Part shown: positions 50,593 through 61,644 of the stretch, piece by piece | Position numbering within the stretch: position 1 is the first letter of the stretch | Layout of the letters: every line of letters starts with the position of its first letter | Assembly: GCA_963823035.1 (NCBI GenBank) | Contig: CAWGKG010000020.1 | Location: 192,001 to 256,000 of the forward strand | Length of the DNA: 64,000 bases | Source: an uncultured Gemmatimonadales bacterium | GTDB taxonomy: Bacteria > Gemmatimonadota > Gemmatimonadetes > Longimicrobiales > Gaopeijiaceae | Direction: 5' to 3' | Notes under the pieces: model-generated | The model's database searches: none | What the model was told of the DNA's origin: nothing | What the model saw: the letters and a program-made list of their open reading frames with translations, nothing else | Position numbers and translations under genes: made by a program

Positions 50593-51063
50593 CTAGGCCT
50601 CTTCTACGGTGACCTTCTCCATCACGACGTCCTCGACCGGCCGGTCGCCCCTGGCGGTCTTCACCTGCCCGATCTTCTTCACCACGTCCATACCGCCGGT
50701 GACCTTCCCGAAGATGGCGTGCTTGCGGTCGAGCCACGGCGTGGCCGCCAGCGTGATGAAGAACTGGGAGCCACCGGTGTTGGGACCGGCGTTCGCCATC
50801 GAGAAGAGGCCCTCGGTGTCGTGCTTGAGGCCGGCGCCGAACTCGTCCGGAATCGAATAGCCGGGGCCGCCGCTGCCCGTGCCGGTCGGGTCGCCGCCCT
50901 GGATCATGAACCCCTCGATGACGCGGTGGAAGACCACGCCGTCGTAGAAGCCCTTCTTGGCGAGGTCCACGAAGTTTCCGGCGGTCTTCGGGGCCGAGTC
51001 CGCGAACATCTCCGCGGTGATGGTCCCGTGGTTGGTCTGGATGGTGACGGTCGGATTGGCCAC
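50593..51063 (-). CDS. Cyclophilin-type peptidyl-prolyl isomerase
   Basis: APKT..NF, FHRVIEGFMIQGGDP, SMANAGPNTGGSQFFIT, WLD.KH.IFG. Confidence 0.95.
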   Translation of the reverse strand: MANPTVTIQTNHGTITAEMFADSAPKTAGNFVDLAKKGFYDGVVFHRVIEGFMIQGGDPTGTGSGGPGYSIPDEFGAGLKHDTEGLFSMANAGPNTGGSQFFITLAATPWLDRKHAIFGKVTGGMDVVKKIGQVKTARGDRPVEDVVMEKVTVEEA

Positions 51064-51159
51064 GCTACGCTCCGTGTGGGTTTCGATCAGGAGGCGTACG
51101 GTACCCAACCCGCGGAGCGGGGTCCAGAGCGCCGGGTGCTCTCGCGGCGGAGAGGAAGA

Positions 51160-51744
51160 CTAGCGAACCACCACGGGCTGGTAGGCGTCGCCCGTACCGA
51201 GCGACACGAACGCGAACAGCCCCCGCTGACAGGTGCCCCACGTGCCCGCCTGCGCCGTGTAGCGCATGGCGGCCCGCGGGAAGCCGGTCTGGTTCATCAG
51301 CCACAGCTGGCCGAGCGCGTCGACGCCGGGTCCGGCGACCCCCAGCGTGAAGGGGCCGAGTCTCTGGACCGGCCAGGCGGATGCCCCCGGCCCGAGCGGG
51401 AGCACGCGGCTGAGCCCCATGCTCGTCAGCGTGCACGACTCCCCTTCGGGCCCCGCCGTGGACAGGCGGGAGAAGCTCGCGGGCGAGGCCGTGGTGTAGC
51501 CGTCCCAGGTGTAGTTGGGCGCGCTTTGGTAGTCGCCGATGGTGGCCGACGGAGGGGCTGTCTTCGTCAGCGGCGCGGCAGGGCGATCGACGCCGCCGCC
51601 TTCGATTCCGGTGGGCTGGCTCGAGTGGATCCCGAGCAGGCCCAGCCCGGCATGGAGCGCCTGGGTGCAGCCGGTGAGGACGGAAGCGGCTGCGAGGGTG
51701 GCGACGAGCGCCGCCACACGAATACGTGAAGTGCGGCGGACCAT
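51160..51744 (-). CDS. Hypothetical lipoprotein
   Basis: RBS GGAGG, basic N-terminus, hydrophobic stretch, lipobox LTGC. Confidence 0.6.
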   Translation of the reverse strand: MVRRTSRIRVAALVATLAAASVLTGCTQALHAGLGLLGIHSSQPTGIEGGGVDRPAAPLTKTAPPSATIGDYQSAPNYTWDGYTTASPASFSRLSTAGPEGESCTLTSMGLSRVLPLGPGASAWPVQRLGPFTLGVAGPGVDALGQLWLMNQTGFPRAAMRYTAQAGTWGTCQRGLFAFVSLGTGDAYQPVVVR

Positions 51745-51872
51745 GATCCACCTCCGCTCGAGGGTCCGCACGATCCTACCTTTCCTACCAGTATAGCGGG
51801 TGGGTGTTCGCCGGTGCATGCGGGAGCGTCGACAATTGCCGATCGCCGCGCTTCCTGGGTACTGTTCGGGCC

Positions 51873-53810
51873 ATGACGACCCCCAACCGACTCCTGGTCG
51901 GTGCCGCCCTCGTGGTCGGCACCGCTTCGTGCGCGCCGGCGCTCGAGCTCACCCCCACCGACGCGGACGTGGTCCTCGCGCACCAGGCGCTCGACGCGCC
52001 GGACCCGTCCCGCACCGGGCCGCATGGCGTGCTGACGCTCTACTACGGCAGCGGCACCGACGAGCGCCGCGCGGTCTATCGTGACTCCGTCTCGATCCGC
52101 ACTGGGACCGTGGACGCGTCCAAGCTGGTCGACCTTGGCTCCTCGGCGAAGGAGCGCAACGGGTACTGGGGCTTCACGCCGAAGGAGATGCCGCTCAACG
52201 CCCGCGTCTGGTATCCGGACGGTCCGGGACCCTTCCCGCTGGTGCTCGTGGTGCACGGCAACCACGACATGAAGGACTTCTCGGACCCGGGCTACGACTA
52301 CCTGGGTCGGCTCCTGGCCAGTCGCGGGTACATCCTCGTGAGCGTGGACGAGAACTTCCTCAACGGTGGCATCCGCGGGGAGAACGATGCGCGCGGGTGG
52401 TTCCTCCTCCAGCACCTGAAGCTCTTCCACGGCTTCAACGAGGAGGCCGGCAACCCCTTCGAGGGGAAGGTCGACATGGCGCACATCGCGCTCATCGGCC
52501 ACTCGCGGGGAGGCGAGGCCGTGGCGGACGCGGCGGCCTTCAACCGGCTCGCCCGTTACCCGGACGACGCGTCGCTCACCTTCGACTTCGGATTCGACAT
52601 CCGCGGGGTGATCTCGATCGCGCCGGTGGACGGTCAATACCTCCCCACGGGCCGCAAGGTGGAGATGCGGAACGTCAGCTACCTGACCTTCCATGGCTCG
52701 CACGACGGGGACGTGACCTCCTTCCACGGTCTGCGCATCTACGATCGGCTTCGCTTCACGGACGACGACTTCCACTTCAAGTCGGCGATCTACGTCTACC
52801 GCGCGAACCACGGGCAGTGGAACACCGTCTGGCAGAACCACGACAACGGGCCGCGCTCGGGTCGCATCCTCGACCTGCGCGCGCTCCTCCCCCAGGAGGA
52901 CCAGCGCCACTTCGCCGAGCTGTACGTCTCCGCCTTCCTCGACGTCGTGCTCAAGGGTGACAAGCGGTACCTGCCGATGTTCCGGGACCACCGCGTGATC
53001 GGGGAATGGCTCCCGAAGACGATGTACGTCACGCGCTTCGAGACCAGCGCCTTCCGGCCCCTCGCGAACTTCGAGGAGGACATCGACGTCACCACCGGCT
53101 CCACCGCGGGCGTGACGCTCCAGGGGGACTCGCTGGCGACGTGGAAGGAGGAGACGCTCGAGCTGCGCTCGGCCAACCGGAACAGCACCAGTCAGTCGCA
53201 GGAGAACCAGGCCGTGTGGCTCGGGTGGAACAACCGCATCGCGGGAAAGGACACGACACGGACGGGGCCCGCGGCGCGCTTCACGGTCCACCTTCCCGAC
53301 GGGCTGGCCCGCTCCTGGAGGCTGGACGACGGCACCACGCTCGATCTCATGTTGAGCGCCACGCGTGGCACGCCCGGGCCCAGGAAGGACCCGGCCCAGG
53401 ACACGACGCAGAAGGCGGGGGATGGCGGCGGCCGGCCACCTCGCCCCAGCGGGAAGGCGGACGACGACAAGCCACCGATCGACCTGTCTGTCGAGGTGGA
53501 GGACGCTTCCGGCCAGACGGCCTCGTTGGACCTGCGCCGCTACGGCGCGATCCGTCGTCCGCTCGAGACCCACGTGCTGCGGCGGGCCGACCTGGAGGAA
53601 AGGCGCTTCGCGAACCCCTGGGAGCTGATCCTGCAGACGTACTCGATCCCGCTCGGCGACTTCCTGGAGCAGAACCGGCGTCTCGACCTCGGGACCCTGG
53701 CCGCGGTGCGCCTGGTGTTCGACCGTTCCGTGGCCGGCGAGGTGGTGGTCGACGAGATCGGCCTCAGCGACCTGGATCCGGCATTCCTGACCGCGCGCGT
53801 CGAGCACTGA
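51873..53810 (+). CDS. Exported alpha/beta hydrolase
   Basis: Signal with TASC, PFPLVLVVHGNH, GYDYLG..LASRGY, GHSRGG nucleophile elbow, HDGDV, ANHGQWN. Confidence 0.85.
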   Translation: MTTPNRLLVGAALVVGTASCAPALELTPTDADVVLAHQALDAPDPSRTGPHGVLTLYYGSGTDERRAVYRDSVSIRTGTVDASKLVDLGSSAKERNGYWGFTPKEMPLNARVWYPDGPGPFPLVLVVHGNHDMKDFSDPGYDYLGRLLASRGYILVSVDENFLNGGIRGENDARGWFLLQHLKLFHGFNEEAGNPFEGKVDMAHIALIGHSRGGEAVADAAAFNRLARYPDDASLTFDFGFDIRGVISIAPVDGQYLPTGRKVEMRNVSYLTFHGSHDGDVTSFHGLRIYDRLRFTDDDFHFKSAIYVYRANHGQWNTVWQNHDNGPRSGRILDLRALLPQEDQRHFAELYVSAFLDVVLKGDKRYLPMFRDHRVIGEWLPKTMYVTRFETSAFRPLANFEEDIDVTTGSTAGVTLQGDSLATWKEETLELRSANRNSTSQSQENQAVWLGWNNRIAGKDTTRTGPAARFTVHLPDGLARSWRLDDGTTLDLMLSATRGTPGPRKDPAQDTTQKAGDGGGRPPRPSGKADDDKPPIDLSVEVEDASGQTASLDLRRYGAIRRPLETHVLRRADLEERRFANPWELILQTYSIPLGDFLEQNRRLDLGTLAAVRLVFDRSVAGEVVVDEIGLSDLDPAFLTARVEH

Positions 53811-53828
53811 AGGGCGGGACGCCGCCGG

Positions 53829-56429
53829 TCACTTGGCGTCCAGCACCTCACGGACCCGGACGGCCAACTCCGCCACGTCGAACGGCTTGTGCAGGAACGG
53901 GATCTCACGGGTGAGCACGTCCTGGCGCGTCGCCGTGTCGTCCGTGTATCCGGACATGAAGAGCACCTTGAGCCCGCGGATGGCGTGCCATCGCGCGCTT
54001 GGCCAGGTCGCGGCCACCCATCTTCGGCATGACCAGGTCGGTGAGGATCAGGTCGGGAGTCTTCACCCGGTCGAGCAGCGCCAGGGCGTCCTCACCGTTC
54101 TCGGCCTCGAGCACCGTGTATCCGTGCGAGCGTAGGATGCGCGCCGCCACGCGCCGCACCGACGCCTCGTCCTCGACGACGAGCACGGTCTCCTCCCCTC
54201 CCCGGATGACGTCGACGGATTCGATCTCGCTGCCCGTGGCATCTCTTTCGACACGAGGGAGGTAGAGCGCGACGGTGGTGCCGACGCCCACCTCGCTCTG
54301 CACGGTGATGTGGCCATCGAGCTTCTGCACGATCGTGTACGAGGTGGCGAGGCCCAGGCCGCTCCCCTTGCCGACGCCCTTGGTGGTGAAGAACGGCTCG
54401 AAGAGGTGCGCCTTCACCTCTTCCGACATCCCCGTACCGTTGTCGCTGATCGAGAGGTAGACGAAGTCCCCGGTCCCCCCGGTCACCGGGCCGTCGGTGT
54501 GTCCGTCGACCAGCGTCACGTTCCGGGTCTCGATGACGATCTTCCCGCCCTCGGACACCGCGTCGCGCGCGTTCACCACGAGGTTGGCCACCACCTGCTC
54601 CAGCTGACCTCGATCCGCGTGCACGGACCAGAGGTCGTCGGCGAGCGTCGATCTCGAGCGTGAGGTCCTCACCCACCAGCCTTCGCAGCATCCGGTGGAG
54701 GGAGCGGACCGTCTCGTTGATGTCGAGCGTCGTCAACTCGACGATCTCCCTGCGCGAGAAGGTGAGAAGCTGGCGGGTGAGCCTCGCCGCGCTGTTGGCC
54801 GCGTCCAGCAGGGAGTCGACGGCGCGGGCGGAGGGCGAATCGTCGACCACGGCCCTCCGCGCGATCTGCGCCTCGGTGAGGATCACGGTGAGCAGGTTGT
54901 TGAAGTCGTGCGCGACGCCGCCGGCCAGGCGCCCCACGGCCTCCAGCTTCTGCGCCTGTCGGAGCTGGATCTCGAGGTCATGCGCCTCGGTCACGTCCAG
55001 CCAGGCGCCGACCACCTCGTGAGGGACCTCCCTGTCCTGGCCGACATGGCGCTGGTCGTCGCGGATCCAGCGCCAGGATCCGTCGTGATGCCGGAAGCGG
55101 TACAGCCGGGTGCTCGTTCCCGAGTCGTCCTGTGCGATCCAACCGCCGAGGCTGTCCAGGTCGTCGGGGTGGACGTTCGAGGCCCACCACCCGGGCTCCA
55201 GGGCCTCCCCCAGGCGATAGCCGAGAACCCGCAGCACGTTGTCGCTGATCCACTCGAGCTTCGGCTGGGCCTCACCCGGCGTCAGCTCGTAGATGACGGC
55301 GCTCGTCGAGCCGATGACGCGACGCAGGCGTTCCTGGGTGGCCCGGTGTCGGCCCTCCGACGCCGTCACGTCCTCGATCCGGTGCTCGAGCTCCTGGTGC
55401 GTAGCCTGCAACCGCCCCGTCATGGCATTGAAGGCCCGGGCCAGCATGGCGAGCTCCTTCCCGGCGGGCTCGGCGACCCGTCTGCCGAATTCGCCCGCAC
55501 CGATGGCGCGCGTGGCCTCGGCGAGCTCGGTGAGCGGGCGGGTGAGGCCGGCGGTCATCCACCACGTCAGCGCGGAGGCCATCACGAGGACCAGGGCGCC
55601 CAGGACGACGAGCAGGCGGAGCGTGGAGCGCGCAGGAGCCAGGATAAGACCCGTGGGGTAGGCCGCCGCCACGACCCACGGCGGCGACTCCATGCGGGCG
55701 ACCGAACCCAGCCAACCCTGCCCATCCGGGGTTCGGTACGCGATGGGCCCCTCGCCCACGGCACGCAGATCGATGGGAAGGGGCTCGACCGCCCCGACCA
55801 GGTCCGTCCACACGTCCCCCGCTTCGTTGGCGAGGTAGAAGGTCGAGGCGATACCGATCAACCCCGAGATCGTCGCCTGGGCCGAGCTGTCCGCGTCGAA
55901 CGGGATCCACCGCACCAGGTGGCCGATGACGCGCTGGCCGTCGGAGGAGCGTATGGCGGCGGCGGCCGGCATGAAGGTCTTCGACCTGCGTGGCGAAGAG
56001 GGGGCCGACCGCCGCGCCCCCGGCGGCCCGCACGGCATCCACCACCCGGCCACGCACCGACGGGTCGTCGACCAGGAAGTCGTCCGCCAGGGAGAGGACG
56101 GGCCGGCCCGTGCCGTCCCACAGCTCCGCGTGGGCTACGCCGTCCGCGAAGTCCCGGAGCGCTTCCACGGTCGGGTCGCGCTGGGGGGACTCGAGTTCCA
56201 GGTACCGCCGGAACGTCGGGTCGGTCGCGCGCGTCTGGACCTGCTCCCGGAGGCGATCGGTCGATCCCCGGAGCGTCCCGGCGAGCTGGTGGGCCGCTTC
56301 GGAAAGGCGTTCACCGGCCTCCTCCATCGCGGAGGAGCGCACGCCCCGGTAGGCGGCTCCGCCATAGACGGTGACGACGGCGACGATGAGCAGGCCGATG
56401 AGCACCGAGAGACGCTGGCGCACCGACAT
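53829..56429 (-). CDS. Membrane hybrid histidine kinase (HAMP-PAS-HisKA-HATPase-REC), frameshifted
   Basis: Two TMs, RPLTELA HAMP, VHPDD PAS, QKLEAVGRLAGGVAHDFNN, NARDA, FEPFFTTK, TDLVMP; indels ~55985, ~54650, ~53990. Confidence 0.88.
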
Positions 56430-56442
56430 GATCAACCGCGCA

Positions 56443-57364
56443 CTAGCGCCACCGGACCCCGAACCGATGCGTTCCCTCGCCGAGGGTTCCGAAGTCACGG
56501 AAGGCCCACTCGAGCACGAGATCGTCTCCCCAGAAGGCGAATCCGAGCGTCAGGGGGCTCGCCTCGCCTTCCGGCACGCGCTCCACGCCGATCCGCGCCA
56601 CGAAGGTCCGACCGTTGATCGGCCAGTAGCCGACCTCCAGCCCGGCCCCCGCGAGAAGCTCCCCGTCGTCGCGGCGCGTCAGCGCGCCGGAGAGCCCCAC
56701 GTCCACCGGTCCGACCGGGCGCCCGTAGGCCCCGGCGCCCAGGGTGACGCGCGTCGGCAGGGGTACGCTGCCCGAGGGAAGCTCCAGGTCCGGGCCGAGG
56801 TTGGCGGCGGTGAGGCCGACCGTGAAGCGGACCGACCGTCGTGGCCACGCCGACGTCCACGGCGGCGGTAGCGTCGCGCTGGTCTGCCACGCGCTGCTCG
56901 ACGAGCTTGGCGGCGGCTCCGACCCGGATGCCGAAGAGGCGGCGTCCGTAGCCGACCGAAGCGACCCGCTCCGAGGTGGCCGGGACCCCGACGTCGAAGA
57001 GCAGGTCCTGGCCCGACGGAAGGAGCGTCCCGCCGTCCGAGGCGCCGCCATACTGCAGGGTCTGCAGGCCGATGGCCACGCCGCCGCCGAGCCACGGCAT
57101 GGCGGCCGAGGCCGTCGCGGACGTGGCTTCTCCGCTCCACGTCTCCAGCTCCAGGCCGAAACCGGACGCGCTGCCCACGAGCGCCGGGTGGTAGAAGAGC
57201 GCGTCGGCGTGGTCCGAGCCCATCATGTACGCGTCGCCCAACGCCATCGCCCGCGTGCTCGCCGGCAGCTCGAGCACGAGCGGCGCCCGTCCCTCCGCCT
57301 GGCCGGCGGCGGCACGGGGCGTCAGCGGGAGCGCGAACAGGGCGAGGATGTAGAGAAGACGCAT
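56443..57364 (-). CDS. PorV/PorQ-like outer-membrane beta-barrel (frameshift ~56835)
   Basis: Signal peptide, LELPASTRAMALGDAY, ALFYHPA, LPTRVTLG, C-terminal THRFGVRWR. Confidence 0.7.
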
Positions 57365-57483
57365 GCGAACAGGGGGGGCAGGCGACGAAGAGACCCTCGA
57401 TGGGCGATCCGCCTCCAAGCTCGGTCCGACCTCCACTCCGGGGCAATAGTCCCGTCCCGGCATTCGTCGGCCGAGGAGGCCTC

Positions 57484-58284
57484 TCACCGCGTGCGGCCGA
57501 GGAAGTCGTCCACCATCCGGCGGGCGATCGAGAAGGACGTCGGCAGCATGGCGGGGAGCCGTTCCGGGGAGAACCAGCGCGCGTCCTCGATCTCGTCGTC
57601 GTCGACGCGGATCTCTCCGGACGCCCACCGGGCGATGAACCCCACCATGAGCGAGTGCGGGAACGGCCACGGCTGGCTCCCGAAGTAGCGCAGGCCGTCG
57701 ACCTCGACGCCCACCTCCTCGCGGATCTCCCGGTGGACGGTCTCCTCCAGGGACTCGCCGGGCTCCACGAAGCCCGCCACCGTGGAGTACATCCCGGGCG
57801 GAAAGCCGGGCGAGCGTGCGAGGAGCATCTCCCGGCCGCGCTCGATGAGCACGATCACGGCGGGCGACAGGCGCGGGAAGTGGAGGTGCCGGCACTGGGG
57901 GCAGACCATGGCCTCCTCGGAGGAATGGCGCTCCGTGGGGTGCCCGCAGCGCGAGCAGAACCCGTGCGTCCGCAGCCACTCCACCTTCTGCAGCGCCGCC
58001 CCCGCTGCACGGAACAGCTCCTCGGGCACGACACCGTGGAGGGCACGCAGCCCCACGAGCTGGACGCCGGGAGGAGGCACGAAGCCCTCCGGGAGGTCGT
58101 AGGCGTGGCAGGGCTCGCCGAGCGCCGGCTGCAGGCGCACCTCGGCGCCGGTCATCCCACCCGGATCGGTTCCCAGGATCGCGGCCAGCTCGGATGCGCC
58201 GGGAAGGCGCAGGGCACTGTCGTCCCCGGCCGCGAGGAGGATGCGCCGCCCCTGGAAGCCGAAATGCCAGCCGTCGGTGCTCAC
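57484..58284 (-). CDS. nudC: NADH pyrophosphatase
   Basis: FCSRCG...CPQC, FPRLSPAVI, Nudix box GFVEPGESLEETVHREIREEVG, SQPWPFP.S. Confidence 0.93.
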   Translation of the reverse strand: MSTDGWHFGFQGRRILLAAGDDSALRLPGASELAAILGTDPGGMTGAEVRLQPALGEPCHAYDLPEGFVPPPGVQLVGLRALHGVVPEELFRAAGAALQKVEWLRTHGFCSRCGHPTERHSSEEAMVCPQCRHLHFPRLSPAVIVLIERGREMLLARSPGFPPGMYSTVAGFVEPGESLEETVHREIREEVGVEVDGLRYFGSQPWPFPHSLMVGFIARWASGEIRVDDDEIEDARWFSPERLPAMLPTSFSIARRMVDDFLGRTR

Positions 58285-58490
58285 GGGTGATCGCGTCGGT
58301 CCAGCACGGCGGTGCGGTGGCAGCGCGGGCACACCAGCCAGAGCCGGTCGCGCACGTAGGACACGTCCCGACGCGGGGGGACGGGCCTCTCGTCCATCGG
58401 GACCGCGCAGCGCGGGCAGAGGAGGGATCCGTTCGCCAGGAAGGTGCGGGTCAGCGCCTTCGTCTCCTCGTCGGTGAACGAATCGGGCAT
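58281..58490 (-). CDS. Small zinc-ribbon protein
   Basis: CPRC...CPRC, 69 aa; stop overlaps the nudC GTG. Confidence 0.7.
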   Translation of the reverse strand: MPDSFTDEETKALTRTFLANGSLLCPRCAVPMDERPVPPRRDVSYVRDRLWLVCPRCHRTAVLDRRDHP

Positions 58491-58632
58491 GGGCTCAACA
58501 GGACGCACGCTTCGAGTGTCTTCAGGGTCTAAGGATGGTATATTAGCGGGCTCGGCCTCCCCGTTTCCATCCCGAGCGATCGAGACAGACAAGAGAAGGC
58601 GAATCCGAACCCCGAGGGCATAGATTTAGAGG

Positions 58633-60985
58633 ATGGTGTATCCACTTCTGATGCAGGTCGTCGCAGCCGCGGCTCTGATGGGTCCCGGCTCGGCAACGGA
58701 CCACGTGTACGACGGCGCCGCGGGCGATCTCACCGTGGCGACTCCCAGTCTGGCGGACGCGGACATCCGCGTCGACGGGCGGCTGGACGAGGCCTCCTGG
58801 CAGCAGGCCGCCGTTCTGGGCTCGTTCACCCAATACGACCCCGTCGAGGGTGCGCCGGCGTCACAGAAGACCGAGGTGCTGGTCCTGGTCGACCGGGGCG
58901 CGATCTACTTCGGCGTGCGGGCGTTCGACGACGATCCCAACGGGATCCGGGCGACGCTGGCGGAGCGGGACGAGTTCGACCGCTCCGACGACTACATCCG
59001 CTTCGTCCTGGACACCTTCGACGACCAGCGCCGCGCGTACGTCTTCAGCGTGAACCCGCTCGGCGTGCAGCACGACGGCATCTGGAACGAGGGTAGTGGC
59101 GGCCGTCACATGGGCCCGCCCATCGACGACAACCCCGATTTCCTCTGGGAGTCGTCGGGCGAGCTGGCCGAGTGGGGCTACCAGCTCGAGGTGCGCATCC
59201 CCCTCAAGAGCCTCCGCTTCCCGGAGAGGGTCAATCAGTCGTGGGGGCTGCAGGTCATCCGGAAGATCTCGCGCAACGGCTACGAGGAGTCGTGGGCCCC
59301 GATCTCCAACAACGTGGCGAACCAGCTCACGCAGGCGGGCAAGCTCACCGATCTGCGCGAGCTCGACGCCGGGCTGTTCATGGAGATCAACCCGGTGCTC
59401 ACCGGCAAGCGCGTCGGCACCGTGGACGACGAGACCGGGCTCTTCACGCAGGACAGCCCCGAGGGTGACTTCGGGCTGAACATGACGTACGGGCTCACCT
59501 CCAACCTCACGCTCGACGCCACGTACAACCCCGACTTCAGCCAGGTGGAGGCGGACGCGGGGCAGATCTCCGTGAACGAGCGCTTCGGGCTCTTCTTCCC
59601 GGAGAAGCGTCCGTTCTTCCTCGAGGGGACGGAGATCTTCAACCTCCCGAAGCAGCTCATCTACACCCGATCCATCGCCAACCCCGTCGGGGGCGCCAAG
59701 ATGACGGGGAAGGTCGGGGCCTGGCAGGTGGGCTACCTGGGCGCGGTCGACCGCTCCTTCGACGAAGGCGTCGACAACACGGTCGCGAACATCGTTCGGG
59801 CCCGGCGCGACCTCGGGGCGGCTTCCACCGTGGGCATGGTGTACACGGACCGGACCCGGCACGCCGACGACTACAACCGGGTCGTGGGTGCCGATGCCCG
59901 CCTCGTGCTGGCACAACGCTACACGCTGACGTTCCTCGGCTCGACCAGCTTCTCGGCGGAGCCGGACTCCGCCGCGACCGTCGGCACGCTCTGGTCCGGG
60001 CGCGTGGAGCGCGCGGGTCGGGCGTTCGGCTTTTCGGCGGAGATCGAGGACTCGGACAGCGACTTCGACGCTCGCAGCGGCTTCTTCCGCCGCACCGGCG
60101 ACACGCAGCTGCAGTCCAACGTGCGCTACAACTGGTACGGGCCTTCGGGTGGGTTGGTGGAGCGCGTCGGGCCGAGCCTGGAGATGCACGGCTACTGGGA
60201 CCACGACGCCTTCTGGAGCGGCGGCGGCGCACAGGAGGTTTCCGCCCAGCTCGGCGGCAGCGTCTCGTTCCGCGGGAACATCAGCGTGTTCGCCAACGCG
60301 AAGCTGAAGTCCTATTCGTTCGCGCCCGCGGACTACGACGGCTTCTTCGTGCCGGCTGTCGGGCGGCTCGCAGGCGGCCTTCTATCCGGACCAGGCGCTC
60401 TTCGACGCCATGCGGGGCCTCGACGCGAACCTGTGGGTGAACACCTTCGAGCGGATACGCGGCAACGTCCGCTTCGGCTGGGAGGAAGTGCCGATCTTCG
60501 CCGGCTCGAACGCGGCGGTGGAGCCGGCGACCTCCTGGTCGTCGAACGTGAGCCTCAACCTCTATCCGACGCGCTCGCTCAAGGCCGAGTTGGGCCTTCG
60601 CCACACGACGATCACACGCCATCGGGACGGTTCCGAGTACTCCTCCGCGACCATCCCGCGCGTGAAGGCCCAGTACCAGTTCTCCAGGGCGTTCTTCGTA
60701 CGCGGCATCTTCGAGTACCAGTCCCAGCAGCGGGGGGCGCTCTTCGACCCCGCGACCGGGGAGGTCGTCAGCTACTGCGGGGACGACGGCTGCGAGGAGC
60801 GGACGGGCTCGGACGGATACGACTTCCACGTGGAGGGACTCGTGAGCTACGAGCCCTCGCCGGGGACCGTCTTCTACGTGGGCTACACCCGACAGATGGA
60901 GGACACGGAGGCCTTCCGCTTCCGCGAGGTGCGTCCGCTGGCCGAGGGCGTCTTCGTCAAGGTCAGCTACCGATTCCGGTTCTGA
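58633..60985 (+). CDS. CBM9-like/DUF5916 outer-membrane protein (frameshift ~60360)
   Basis: VDGRLDE..W, LDTFDD..AY.F.VNP.GVQ.D, E.RIP..SLRF, NPDFSQVEAD, EKRPFFLEG; C-terminal FVKVSYRFRF. Confidence 0.85.
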
Positions 60986-61076
60986 GAGCGGCCGCGAAAG
61001 TGGTTGCCCCCCGGTCGCCAGTTCTGGTTAAGGTAGGCCGTTCCGGGGAAACGGCCCATTCGACCTAAGGACACGG

Positions 61077-61292
61077 GTGGCGAAAGAGGCAATCGAGATC
61101 GAGGGAACCGTGAGCGAGGTTCTTCCCAACGCGACGTTCCGCGTCGAGTTGGAGAACGGCCACGAGATCCTGGCGTACCTCTCGGGCAAGATGCGGCAGA
61201 ACTACATCCGTGTGCTGGAGGGCGACCGCGTGAAGGTCGAGCTGTCGCCCTACGACCTGACCCGCGGCCGCGTGACGTACCGCTACAAGTAG
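61077..61292 (+). CDS. infA: Translation initiation factor IF-1
   Basis: [25 protein letters not shown]...SGKMR.NYIR...[16 protein letters not shown]. Confidence 0.97.
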   Translation: MAKEAIEIEGTVSEVLPNATFRVELENGHEILAYLSGKMRQNYIRVLEGDRVKVELSPYDLTRGRVTYRYK

Positions 61293-61378
61293 ACCGCGGT
61301 CCGGATGAAACCGTCGACGCGCCCGCGCCGTAGGGCCCCTCGACGGATGGAGAATTCGGCTTTTCCGGAGGGATCACC

Positions 61379-61576
61379 ATGAGGACATTCGCTGCGCTGA
61401 CCGTTTCGGGCGTGGTGGGGCTCCTGCTCTTCAAGCTCCTCGCCTCGCTCATCTTCCCGCTGTTCGGGGTCTTCATCGGCATCCTGGCCATGACCGTGAA
61501 GTTCGCTCTGATCGCCGCGGTGATCTTCTTCGTGTACTCGATGATCAAGAAGAAGAGGGAAGCCGACGTCGCCTGA
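61379..61576 (+). CDS. Small membrane protein
   Basis: 65 aa, hydrophobic with basic tail, GGAGG RBS. Confidence 0.7.
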   Translation: MRTFAALTVSGVVGLLLFKLLASLIFPLFGVFIGILAMTVKFALIAAVIFFVYSMIKKKREADVA

Positions 61577-61604
61577 GCGACCCGACTCCGTCCGGATGAA
61601 CGGC

Positions 61605-61631
61605 GCCCCCGGGACCGACGGTCCCGGGGGC
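61605..61631. terminator. Hairpin terminator between convergent genes
   Basis: 12-bp perfect stem GCCCCCGGGACC/GGTCCCGGGGGC. Confidence 0.7.
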
Positions 61632-61644
61632 TTCGTGTCTTCGG

